From the NCBI GenBank assembly GCA_034660555.1, contig JAYEJL010000084.1, forward strand, positions 1-12,707: a DNA stretch of 12,707 nucleotides, given 5' to 3'. Both the position numbers and the translations under genes were made by a program. Source of the DNA: Thermotogota bacterium (GTDB taxonomy: Bacteria > Thermotogota > Thermotogae > Petrotogales > Kosmotogaceae). Below, piece after piece: positions 1 through 8,004 of this stretch. The notes under the pieces were generated by a model that saw only the letters and a list, made by a program, of their open reading frames with translations, did no database searches and was not told the origin of the DNA. Position 1 is the stretch's first letter, and every line of letters begins with the position of its first letter.

Positions 1-83
1 TATTCAGTGAACTTGATACAAATTTTTCATATCAAAAAATCAGTAAAAACAGCGGTGTTATATACGGAGTGATAGAATTATGA
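1..83 (+). CDS. 3' end of an upstream CDS (partial, product unknown)
   Basis: Frame from position 3 reads open (FSELDTNFSYQKISKNSGVIYGVIEL*). Its TGA at 81-83 overlaps the miaA ATG as ATGA, a typical translational-coupling junction. Confidence 0.55.
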   Translation, partial: FSELDTNFSYQKISKNSGVIYGVIEL

Positions 84-1006
84 CCATTCCTATGATCTTA
101 GGACCTACAGGGGTGGGTAAAACTGAACTATTACTAGAAATAGGAAGATCTATCCCCATTGAAGTAGTGTCAATTGATTCTAGGCAGATATATAAGTACA
201 TGGATATCGGCACGGCCAAACCTGATGAAAGAATTATAAATAAAGTGCCTCATCACATGATAGATTTTGTTGAACCTGATGAAGAATTTAATGTTTTTAA
301 GTTCAAAGAAATGGCTGAAAAAACCATAGATAACATAATCAGAAAAAACAAAATTCCTGTTCCTGCTGGTGGAACAGGAATGTATGCTGAAGCATTAATG
401 TCTGGACTGGTGAAAAATACTTCAAAAAATACAAATGTTAGAAAAGCGTTGAGGATTATCGATGAGGAAAACCCTGGAATACTGCGAAAACTATTAAAAA
501 TGGTCGATAATGACGCCTTCGAGAAGTTTCATGAACATGATAAGAAAAGAACAATTAGATACCTCGAGGTCTTTCTAACGACTGGTAAACCTTTATCAAT
601 TCTTCAGAAAGAAGCACAGCCTTCGAAAAGTTTTACTGTTATAATACTAAATAGAGACAGAAAAGAGCTGCACGAAAGAATAAACAGACGTGTAGATAAT
701 ATGCTAGAAAAAGGACTGTTACAGGAGGTAAAGAGTTTAAGAGAGAATGGCTTTTCTTCAGACTTAAATGCAATGCAGAGTATAGGTTATAATGAAATAA
801 ACAGTTATCTGGATGGAAAATTAACCTGGGAAGAAGCTGTGGAGCTTATAAAAAGAAATACAAGAAGGTTTGCCAGACGGCAAATAATCTGGTTCAGGCG
901 ATACAAAAAGGCTATATGGTTCAATTTAACAAACGATTCTTATTATAACAATGTAGAATCAGTTAAATCGAAATTATTGTCTATTTGGGGGGATAAGAAT
1001 GACTGA
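80..1006 (+). CDS. miaA: tRNA dimethylallyltransferase
   Basis: P-loop GPTGVGKT, DSRQIYKYMDIGTAKP, PHHMID, GGTGMY, SIGYNE and TRRFARRQIIWFR motifs. GGAGTGA RBS upstream. miaA-hfq-hflX synteny. Confidence 0.97.
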   Translation: MTIPMILGPTGVGKTELLLEIGRSIPIEVVSIDSRQIYKYMDIGTAKPDERIINKVPHHMIDFVEPDEEFNVFKFKEMAEKTIDNIIRKNKIPVPAGGTGMYAEALMSGLVKNTSKNTNVRKALRIIDEENPGILRKLLKMVDNDAFEKFHEHDKKRTIRYLEVFLTTGKPLSILQKEAQPSKSFTVIILNRDRKELHERINRRVDNMLEKGLLQEVKSLRENGFSSDLNAMQSIGYNEINSYLDGKLTWEEAVELIKRNTRRFARRQIIWFRRYKKAIWFNLTNDSYYNNVESVKSKLLSIWGDKND

Positions 1007-1226
1007 AAAGTTTAACCTACAGGACAGGTTTCTCAATTTATTACGCATTAATAAAATCGAAGTGAGAGTGTTCCTGGAAGGTGGGTTTCAGACAAAAGGC
1101 GTAATAAAGTCCTTTGATAGTTTTACCGTTTTGCTTGAAGATGGCGAGGAACAAACTCTTGTATACAAACATGCAATCAAGATGCTTATACCATCAAAAT
1201 ATGTTAAACTTTCACAGAAAAATTGA
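999..1226 (+). CDS. hfq: RNA chaperone Hfq
   Basis: NLQDRFLN N-terminal helix, SFDSFTVLL (Sm1) and LVYKHAI (Sm2). 8-bp overlap with miaA. Lies between miaA and hflX. Confidence 0.96.
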   Translation: MTEKFNLQDRFLNLLRINKIEVRVFLEGGFQTKGVIKSFDSFTVLLEDGEEQTLVYKHAIKMLIPSKYVKLSQKN

Positions 1227-1240
1227 AGAGGTGATATTAA

Positions 1241-2476
1241 ATAACAAAAAGAGCACTAATCATAGCAGTCTCCAGTCAATACAACAAGAAAAAATCAGCT
1301 GAATTATGTAGTGAATTGAGATTTCTGGCCGCAACTGCTAATTATAAAGTTGTAGAAACGATTATTCAAAATCGTGAACATATTCATCCCGCTTATTATA
1401 TCGGAAAAGGTAAACTTGAGTATATCAAAAGATTAGCGCATCATGAGAATATCTCATATCTAATAGCACTCGATGAACTGAACCCAACACAAAAATCTGA
1501 AATGGAGAAAGTACTTGATATAACTGTAATGGATAGAACCGGACTTATCCTTTCCATTTTCGCCCGAAATGCCACTACAAAAGAGGGGAAAATGGAAATT
1601 GAACTTGCTCAATTGAGATACTCGTTGCCAACACTTAAGGGCAAAGGCAAAAAACTTTCCAACTTAGGTGGAGGGATTGGAACAAGAGGACCGGGTGAGA
1701 AAAAGTTAGAGATAGATAAAAGGAACGCACTGAAGAGAATATCTCATTTAAGAAAAGCATTAAAGAAACTTCGTTCAGAGCGTTCTACAATGAGAAAAAG
1801 AAGAATGGAGAATTCAATACCGGTAGTGTCACTTGTTGGTTATACCAATGCAGGAAAAACATCGCTAATAAACGAACTAACGGACAGTGAATTACAGACA
1901 GAGGATAAACTATTTTCAACACTAGAAACACGTGTAAGACGTGCCACACTGTCTGACGGAAAGAAAATATTAATATCTGACACTGTCGGTTTTATTAGAG
2001 AGCTTCCTCATGAATTGATGGCTTCATTCAAATCAACGCTGGAGGAAGTAAATTTTTCTGATCTTTTGTTTGTTGTTCTGGATGCATCGGATGTAAATAT
2101 AGATGAAAAATCCGCAACTGTTGAAAAAACCCTAAAAGAGATAGGGGCTGACAAAATAGACAAGATTGTTGTGCTAAATAAGATAGATCTATGCACAAAC
2201 AACAGAATAAGAGAGCTTGAAAACAAATATCCAGGTGCAGTTTTTGTCAGTGCATCAAAAAGGTTTAATATTCAGGTAATGCTCAACAGAGTGCAACAAT
2301 ATTTCAACAAAGATAAAAAGACATTCAGTATAAAAATACCCATGCATAAACTCTCAAGGTTTTTACAGTATAGAGAAAAAATTACTGTTTTAGAAGAAAA
2401 ATATACCAACAATGTTGCATATTTAACGTATCAAGCAGATAAAGAACTACAAAACCATATACTAACCAGATTGTGA
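1241..2476 (+). CDS. hflX: GTPase HflX (ribosome-splitting factor); start extended to a probable ATA at 1241
   Basis: GGGIGTRGPGEKKLE, G1 GYTNAGKT, LFSTL, G3 DTVGF and G4 NKID. The ORF track start (TTG 1316) truncates the N-terminus. The frame is open back to ATA 1241 (ITKRALIIAVSS...AELCSELRFLAATA), 6 nt after GAGGTGA (1228-1234), with an in-frame TAA at 1238-1240. Confidence 0.95.
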   Translation: MTKRALIIAVSSQYNKKKSAELCSELRFLAATANYKVVETIIQNREHIHPAYYIGKGKLEYIKRLAHHENISYLIALDELNPTQKSEMEKVLDITVMDRTGLILSIFARNATTKEGKMEIELAQLRYSLPTLKGKGKKLSNLGGGIGTRGPGEKKLEIDKRNALKRISHLRKALKKLRSERSTMRKRRMENSIPVVSLVGYTNAGKTSLINELTDSELQTEDKLFSTLETRVRRATLSDGKKILISDTVGFIRELPHELMASFKSTLEEVNFSDLLFVVLDASDVNIDEKSATVEKTLKEIGADKIDKIVVLNKIDLCTNNRIRELENKYPGAVFVSASKRFNIQVMLNRVQQYFNKDKKTFSIKIPMHKLSRFLQYREKITVLEEKYTNNVAYLTYQADKELQNHILTRL

Positions 2477-2489
2477 GGGAGGAGTAACT

Positions 2490-3512
2490 ATGAAAAAGAC
2501 CGTTACTCTTATAGTTTTTCTTATTTTTTCTTTATCAATAATAACAGCATCAGTACTTTCTGATCCACTTAATATAGAATTATTGGTAACAGGGTATTTT
2601 GGTGAATACAGGAGCACTTTTTCCTCAGACTTAAATATAAGCGAACATTTTCATAAAGGTATTGACCTATCCACAAATTCCAGAGTGGGATTGGAGGTAT
2701 TCGCTCCTGAAAGTGGATATGTAGATTCATTGATGATAAACCATCCACTTTATGGAACCGCTTTGATACTGACTCTTCCTGCAGTAAAGGATTTCGTTAC
2801 AAACGAAAGAGGAATTAAAATCCTATTTGGACATTTACAGGATCTTGGAAGCATAACCAATGCAAGTGGGAGACAGCTGAATAAAATTTTCAATGAACTG
2901 TTGCTTGACTATGGTTCAAGTTATATACAGGTGAAATTCCCTGAAAATGAGATTGCCTTCAATAAAGGTGAAATGATCGCTTACAGTGGCAATACAGGCA
3001 ATGTAGATCCCCATCTTCATGTAGAAATAAGAGATCTTGAAGAAACAATGGTTCTTAATCCAGGTATGTATTTTGAATTGCCAGAATATTCAGATACTAC
3101 TGTTAAAGTTTTTGAGATAATTTCTGGAGGAAATGTGTATGATATTACAAAATATCCCAATCCTCTTGTAAAAATATCGCCTTATACTCCATTTCTACTA
3201 CGAACGCGGGTGGAATCAAGACAACCTATTAGCCCTAAAACTATTTCAATTTATGTCGAGGATTCTCTTATATATCGCATTGATTTTTCATATTTCTTTA
3301 TAGAGAATAGTGATCTTGTGCATGAAATCTATACCAATTCGACGATGAGAGATTATCGTTATAGGTTGGATGCGACTGCACCTGAAGAAATCGTTACGAT
3401 AAATAAGTGGCAAACTGTTGACTTGAGTTCTGAAAAAAATGCTCGATTGGAAGTAATAGATCACTGGGGAAATCGCATTGAGGTAAAATTTCGTTTAATC
3501 GAGCGGAGGTGA
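2490..3512 (+). CDS. Exported M23-family zinc metallopeptidase
   Basis: Signal peptide MKKTVTLIVFLIFSLSIITA. M23 motifs GYFGEYR, HKGID (HxxxD), FGHL and SGNTG..PHLHVEIR (HxH). GGAGGAG RBS. Confidence 0.85.
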   Translation: MKKTVTLIVFLIFSLSIITASVLSDPLNIELLVTGYFGEYRSTFSSDLNISEHFHKGIDLSTNSRVGLEVFAPESGYVDSLMINHPLYGTALILTLPAVKDFVTNERGIKILFGHLQDLGSITNASGRQLNKIFNELLLDYGSSYIQVKFPENEIAFNKGEMIAYSGNTGNVDPHLHVEIRDLEETMVLNPGMYFELPEYSDTTVKVFEIISGGNVYDITKYPNPLVKISPYTPFLLRTRVESRQPISPKTISIYVEDSLIYRIDFSYFFIENSDLVHEIYTNSTMRDYRYRLDATAPEEIVTINKWQTVDLSSEKNARLEVIDHWGNRIEVKFRLIERR

Positions 3513-3517
3513 TCCGG

Positions 3518-3838
3518 TTGTTTTCATGGAAGAAGGAAAAAGATATAACAAAAAATCCCTTTTACGATGAAAGAAACACTCTAGTTGTCTATTTCAAATG
3601 CAAAAAATGCGGTGAAGTTTTTCGAAGTCACCTTAGAAAATATTATGATATTGCAGTGGATTATTCAGGAGGGGGTTTTTCATATAAACTTGATAAAGAG
3701 TTTATTGGAAGCGAATGTCAGAATAAAATTCATATTTACGCCAATTTCAAAAGAAATTTCAAGCCAAAGAATTTTGAAATAGTTGGTGGAGAATTTATTT
3801 TCAAAGAAGACTATGAAGCTGCTAAAAACGATAGTTAA
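3518..3838 (+). CDS. Hypothetical protein with CxxC motif (possible metal-binding)
   Basis: YFKCKKCGEVF plus a distal GSECQN. TTG 3518 lies 5 nt after GGAGGTGA (3505-3512). Alternative GTG start at 3509 overlaps the upstream stop. Confidence 0.75.
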   Translation: MFSWKKEKDITKNPFYDERNTLVVYFKCKKCGEVFRSHLRKYYDIAVDYSGGGFSYKLDKEFIGSECQNKIHIYANFKRNFKPKNFEIVGGEFIFKEDYEAAKNDS

Positions 3839-3859
3839 TATAGAAAAGGAGGCAACCAG

Positions 3860-5044
3860 ATGAATAAATGGTTATTCACTAGTGAAAGCGTCACAGAAGG
3901 ACATCCTGATAAGGTGGCTGATCAAATATCTGACAGTATATTAGATGCATTACTTGAACAGGATCCGGAGTCAAGAGCTGCAGTTGAAACACTGGTAGCA
4001 ACAGGTACAGCTATTGTTGCTGGTGAAGTGAGTTCAAGGGCTTATGTTGATATACCAAGTATCGTGAGAGACACTATTATGGATATTGGATATACCAGAG
4101 CTAAATTCGGTTTTGATGGAGAAACATGTGCCGTTTTAACAAGTATAGAAGAGCAATCTCCAGATATTGCCCTGGGTGTGAATAAATCAGTAGAGGCCAG
4201 GCAATCTGATGAAAACAATTACAATGTTATTGGAGCTGGCGATCAGGGAATGATGTTTGGATATGCAACTACTGAAACGCAAGAACTTATGCCACTGCCA
4301 ATAATACTTGCCCATCAACTTTCAAAAAGACTGGCAGATATAAGAAAGAAAAAAATCGTAAAGGGTATTAGACCCGATGGTAAGACTCAGGTAACCGTTT
4401 TATACGAAGATGGAAAGCCTACCGCTGTTACCACAATTGTTGTATCTACACAACATGATCCGGACATTGAGCTTTCTGAAATTCGTAATATAGTAGAAGA
4501 ATATGTTATCAATCCTGTTATACCAGGTGAATTTCTTCTTAAAAAACCCACAATCCACGTCAATCCAACTGGCAGGTTTGTTAAGGGTGGTCCTGCAGCA
4601 GATACAGGTTTAACTGGAAGAAAAATAATTGTTGATACCTATGGTGGATGGGTGCCTCATGGTGGTGGAGCATTCAGTGGTAAGGATGCCACAAAAGTTG
4701 ATAGATCAGCAAACTATATGGCAAGATACGCTGCCAAAAACGTTGTTGCAGCAGGACTTGCTGAAAAATTAATGATCCAGGTAGCTTATGCAATTGGTGT
4801 GGCTTCTCCAGTGTCATTTATGCTCGACGCTTATGGTACAGAAAAGGTTGATTTGAGTAAATTAAAGAAAGTTGTTGCGGCGCTCTTCGACTTCAGACCC
4901 GCTGCAATAATAGATAAACTGGAGTTAAGAACACCATTTTATAGAAAAACGGCTGCCTATGGGCACTTTGGAAGAAACGATGTGGTTTTCCCCTGGGAAA
5001 AGCTTGACATGGTCGATGAGCTTAAAAGAGCTTTCAATTTGTAG
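3860..5044 (+). CDS. metK: S-adenosylmethionine synthetase
   Basis: [46 protein letters not shown] and TAAYGHFGR signatures. AAGGAGG RBS. Confidence 0.99.
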   Translation: MNKWLFTSESVTEGHPDKVADQISDSILDALLEQDPESRAAVETLVATGTAIVAGEVSSRAYVDIPSIVRDTIMDIGYTRAKFGFDGETCAVLTSIEEQSPDIALGVNKSVEARQSDENNYNVIGAGDQGMMFGYATTETQELMPLPIILAHQLSKRLADIRKKKIVKGIRPDGKTQVTVLYEDGKPTAVTTIVVSTQHDPDIELSEIRNIVEEYVINPVIPGEFLLKKPTIHVNPTGRFVKGGPAADTGLTGRKIIVDTYGGWVPHGGGAFSGKDATKVDRSANYMARYAAKNVVAAGLAEKLMIQVAYAIGVASPVSFMLDAYGTEKVDLSKLKKVVAALFDFRPAAIIDKLELRTPFYRKTAAYGHFGRNDVVFPWEKLDMVDELKRAFNL

Positions 5045-5060
5045 AATTTAATGATAAAAT
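5032..5060 (+). promoter_or_regulatory. Candidate internal promoter for rpsT (extended -10)
   Basis: TGaTAAAAT at 5052-5060 fits TGn-TATAAT. Weak -35-like TTTCAA at 5032-5037 with a 17-nt spacer. Confidence 0.4.
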
Positions 5061-5093
5061 AAACTTCAGAAATGGTGAAAGGAGGATACCCGA

Positions 5094-5372
5094 GTGGCAA
5101 ATATCAAATCAGCCAAAAAGAGAGTAAAACAGAATGAAAAAAGACGAATTCGAAATAAGGCATTGAGAACTCGAATGAAAAATGTAACCAAAAAGCTGCT
5201 TGTTGCGATAGATACCGAGGAATCACCGGAAAAGGTTCAGGAACTACTTTCTTCATCTTATTCTGTTCTTGACGAAGCAGCTAAAAAAGGTGTGATTCAT
5301 AAAAACAAGGCTTCCAGAAAGAAATCCCGATTGACTGTAAGAGCTAAGAATTATCTGGAAAGTCATAAATAA
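5094..5372 (+). CDS. rpsT: 30S ribosomal protein S20
   Basis: MANIKSAKKR N-terminus and KGVIHKNKASRKKSRL C-terminal motif. GTG start after AAGGAGG. Confidence 0.98.
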   Translation: MANIKSAKKRVKQNEKRRIRNKALRTRMKNVTKKLLVAIDTEESPEKVQELLSSSYSVLDEAAKKGVIHKNKASRKKSRLTVRAKNYLESHK

Positions 5373-5407
5373 AAAAAGAGGGGTAAATTTAATACCCCTC
5401 TTTTTTT
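5371..5407. terminator. Bidirectional rho-independent terminator
   Basis: AAAAAAA-GAGGGGTA-aatttaa-TACCCCTC-TTTTTTT, a perfect inverted repeat with U-tracts on both strands, between the convergent rpsT and ABC ATPase genes. Confidence 0.92.
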
Positions 5408-5416
5408 GTAAATTTA

Positions 5417-6607
5417 TTATTCTCTTTCTTTGATATCCTGAGCTTCAGCTGATTTTGCTTTTTTCATCTCTTCTTCAATTTGAAGTTCTTCCCCATGAAG
5501 GCCAGCAAGTCTGTTTTCTTCTGTATCGGGATCAAAAACGTGCAACATATCCATATCAAGTACAAGATCCATTTGATCTCCTGTTGACGCTTTCGATTTA
5601 GGATCAACCTTGGCCACAATGGTATCTCCCATAACGTTTATGTGTATCAACGTTTCGCTTCCTAGAGGTTCTACAACTTCCACTTCACCACTAACCGTGT
5701 TCTCTTCAGAAGCATCTTGCGCAAACATCTTATCGTACATATCTTCAGGTCTAATTCCTATAACGATATCCTTGCCTGCAAGGTCTTCAATTTTGTCGTA
5801 GAATTCTTTGGGAATTAACAGTTTTGTGTTTTCTTTTACTACCCACAGTTTTCCATTATCCTTCTCAATGCTTAGATTAAGGAAATTCATTGCTGGGGTA
5901 CCGATAAATCCAGAAATAAATTTATTGACCGGTTCAAAATAAACTGAATATGGATCACCTATCTGCTGAACTAATCCATCTTTTATGATAACAATTTTAT
6001 CAGCCATGGTCATTGCTTCAACCTGGTCATGGGTAACATATATCATGGTTGCCTCTAATCTGTGCTGTAATCTTTTTAACTCAGCTCTCATCTGGACCCT
6101 TAATTTAGCATCAAGGTTAGACAATGGTTCATCAAAAAGGAAAACCTTTGGGTCCCTTACAATAGCTCTACCCACAGCAACCCTCTGTCTCTGGCCACCG
6201 GATAGTTGTTTGGGTTTTCTATCAAGCAGTGGGCTTATTCCAAGTATTTCTGCTGCTTCTTTTACATGTTTTTCAATATCCGGTTTTGGCATTTTTCTAA
6301 GCTTTAAACCAAAGGCCATGTTTTCATAAACAGTCATATGGGGATAAAGAGCGTAGTTCTGGAAAACCATTGCGATATCTCTGTCTTTTGGTTCGACATC
6401 GTTTACTACCTTTCCATCAATCGCAACTGTTCCATCAGTGATTTCTTCTAGTCCAGCAATCATTCGTAATGTCGTTGTTTTCCCACAACCTGAAGGTCCA
6501 AGTAAAACAACAAATTGTTTGTCCTCCACCATTAAATTCGCCTTCTTAACCGCCTGAACATTACCAGGAAATATCTTAGTTACATCCTTCAATACAACCT
6601 GAGACAT
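5417..6607 (-). CDS. Carbohydrate ABC transporter ATP-binding protein, MsmX/MalK/UgpC family (no adjacent permease or binding protein)
   Basis: Walker A GPSGCGKTT, AMVFQNYALYPHM, signature LSGGQRQR, Walker B FLFDEPLSNLD, YVTHDQ and C-terminal TOBE-like region (GIRPED, VEPLGSET). ATG 6607 follows GGAGGTG; alternative TTG at 6610. Confidence 0.95.
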   Translation of the reverse strand: MSQVVLKDVTKIFPGNVQAVKKANLMVEDKQFVVLLGPSGCGKTTTLRMIAGLEEITDGTVAIDGKVVNDVEPKDRDIAMVFQNYALYPHMTVYENMAFGLKLRKMPKPDIEKHVKEAAEILGISPLLDRKPKQLSGGQRQRVAVGRAIVRDPKVFLFDEPLSNLDAKLRVQMRAELKRLQHRLEATMIYVTHDQVEAMTMADKIVIIKDGLVQQIGDPYSVYFEPVNKFISGFIGTPAMNFLNLSIEKDNGKLWVVKENTKLLIPKEFYDKIEDLAGKDIVIGIRPEDMYDKMFAQDASEENTVSGEVEVVEPLGSETLIHINVMGDTIVAKVDPKSKASTGDQMDLVLDMDMLHVFDPDTEENRLAGLHGEELQIEEEMKKAKSAEAQDIKERE

Positions 6608-6621
6608 CAAAACACCTCCAA

Positions 6622-6891
6622 TTAATCTTCCTCAGTACTGTCAAGTATATCCTTTAATTCTGTATTCGCTACATCAGTACCCGCGTCCATCAAATACAAA
6701 TCATAGACAGAATCTAAGAATTTCTGAATCTTGACATATTTTTCATAGGAGAGGAGAGCAACCGAGGGAAGTCCATTTTTTGTTATGATTACATCATGAT
6801 CATTATTATTTACAACGCCTATGACCTTTGATAGATTTGCTTTAGCTTCAGCTATCGTATAAAAATGAAGTTTTTCCAATTTTGGCAACAT
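6622..6891 (-). CDS. Phd/YefM-family (prevent-host-death) antitoxin-like protein, no adjacent toxin
   Basis: YTIAEAKANLSKVI...DVIITKNGLPSVALLSYEKY matches the Phd/YefM DNA-binding domain pattern. Acidic C-terminus. GAGGTGA RBS at 6900-6894 gives a start at ATG 6891 or TTG 6888, not 6972. Confidence 0.85.
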   Translation of the reverse strand: MLPKLEKLHFYTIAEAKANLSKVIGVVNNNDHDVIITKNGLPSVALLSYEKYVKIQKFLDSVYDLYLMDAGTDVANTELKDILDSTEED

Positions 6892-6906
6892 GCTCACCTC
6901 AAAAAG

Positions 6907-6936
6907 ATTATACACGATGACTATAATTATAGTCAA
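6907..6936 (-). promoter_or_regulatory. sigma70-type promoter for the Phd-like/ABC ATPase unit
   Basis: Minus strand reads TTGACT (6936-6931), 18 nt, TATAAT (6912-6907). This predicts a start site near 6900, directly at the RBS. Confidence 0.75.
6918..6935. promoter_or_regulatory. Perfect 18-bp palindrome, candidate operator
   Basis: TGACTATAATTATAGTCA is its own reverse complement. It overlaps the -35 and spacer of the minus-strand promoter in the divergent intergenic region. Confidence 0.75.
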
Positions 6937-6975
6937 GCAAAAAACAAGATTTTTAAACTCCTCTGGAGGCAAATT

Positions 6976-7986
6976 ATGTCAAATAAAGTGAAACTAACAG
7001 TCAATGATGAACAAACATATGATTTGAACAAAGATAAATCACTTTTTCATAATTTGATTGATAATAACATTTATCTTCCCTCTGCTTGCGGTGGAAAGGG
7101 TATGTGTGGCCGATGCAAAATAAAGGTTATAAGCAATTTGGATGGGTATTCAGAATCTGAGAACAAACATCTCTCTGTCTGAAAAAGAGGAAGGTTATCG
7201 GCTTGCCTGCCAGATTATTGTTAAAAAGGACCTTTCAGTTAAGATACCTGAAGAATTACTTTCATGGGAATATAACGCTACTGTTGAAAAAATAGATGAT
7301 GTAACCCACGACATAAAGAGCATAACTCTATCTTTTGATAAGCCTATGTCTTTTAGAGCCGGTCAATACATACAGTTGATTATACCCCCTTATAGTAACA
7401 TTGAAGATAAGACTGTACGCTCATATTCATTAGCATCTCCACCTTCAAGTAAAAAAAATCATTGAACTTCTTGTCAGACTTGTTCCTGATGGCATCGCCA
7501 CAACATATATTCACAACTATCTAAATGAAGGTGATAAATTATCATTTACAGGACCTTTTGGAGATTTCTTTATTCGGGATACAAATGCAAGTATTCTTTT
7601 CGTTGCTGGCGGTTCAGGATTGGCACCAATAAAGTCCATGGTTCTAGATATGCTGGAAAGAAAACAACCCAGTAGAGATATATATTTTTTCTTTGGCGCC
7701 AGAAAGGTTAATGATATCTATTATGCTGATCTTTTCAATAGCATTGCTGAAAAAATACCTCCGTTTCATTTCATTCCAGCTATATCTGAACCTTCAAGTG
7801 ATGATTGGCAGGGTGAAAAAGGCTTGATAACAGATGTTGTAGATGATTTTTTTACAAAAACAGAATGAAACAAAATGGGAAGCTTACCTTTGTGGCAGTC
7901 CTGGTATGATAAAAGCCTGTATACAAAACGTACTGTTAAAAAACAACATCAAATCTGGTAAAATCTATTACGATAAATTCGCTTAA
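6976..7986 (+). pseudogene. NqrF-like 2Fe-2S/FAD/NAD(P)H oxidoreductase (about 335 aa if repaired), interrupted by three frameshifts (pseudogene or sequencing errors)
   Basis: GGAGG then ATG 6976. Four consecutive segments in frames 1, 2, 3, 1 give PSACGGKGMCGRC; GYRLACQ, FRAGQYIQL, RSYSLAS; LVPDGIATTY, TGPFGDF, FVAGGSGLAP, FFFGAR, GEKGLITDV; and EAYLCGSPGMI, IYYDKFA* (TAA 7984-7986). Breaks fall at the CT repeat 7171-7176, A8 7451-7458 and T7 7847-7853. Confidence 0.88.
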
Positions 7987-8004
7987 GTTTTTGGAGGTAA
8001 CACT

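Noticed and set aside
1114..1302. 62-aa ORF overlapping hfq, considered as a possible hflX leader peptide
   Set aside because: Out-of-frame overlap with hfq and the extended hflX start. No convincing RBS or recognisable motif.
3839..3859. SAM riboswitch upstream of metK
   Set aside because: The intergenic space is only 21 nt and holds just the RBS.
6892..6972. Longer N-terminus of the antitoxin-like ORF (start 6972) and the plus-strand ORF start at 6865
   Set aside because: Both extensions run across the divergent promoter region. RBS positions support starts at 6891/6888 (-) and 6976 (+).
7142..7868. ORFs 7142-7465 and 7620-7868 as independent genes
   Set aside because: They are consecutive fragments of one oxidoreductase. 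Breaks fall inside domains and the fragments lack RBSs.
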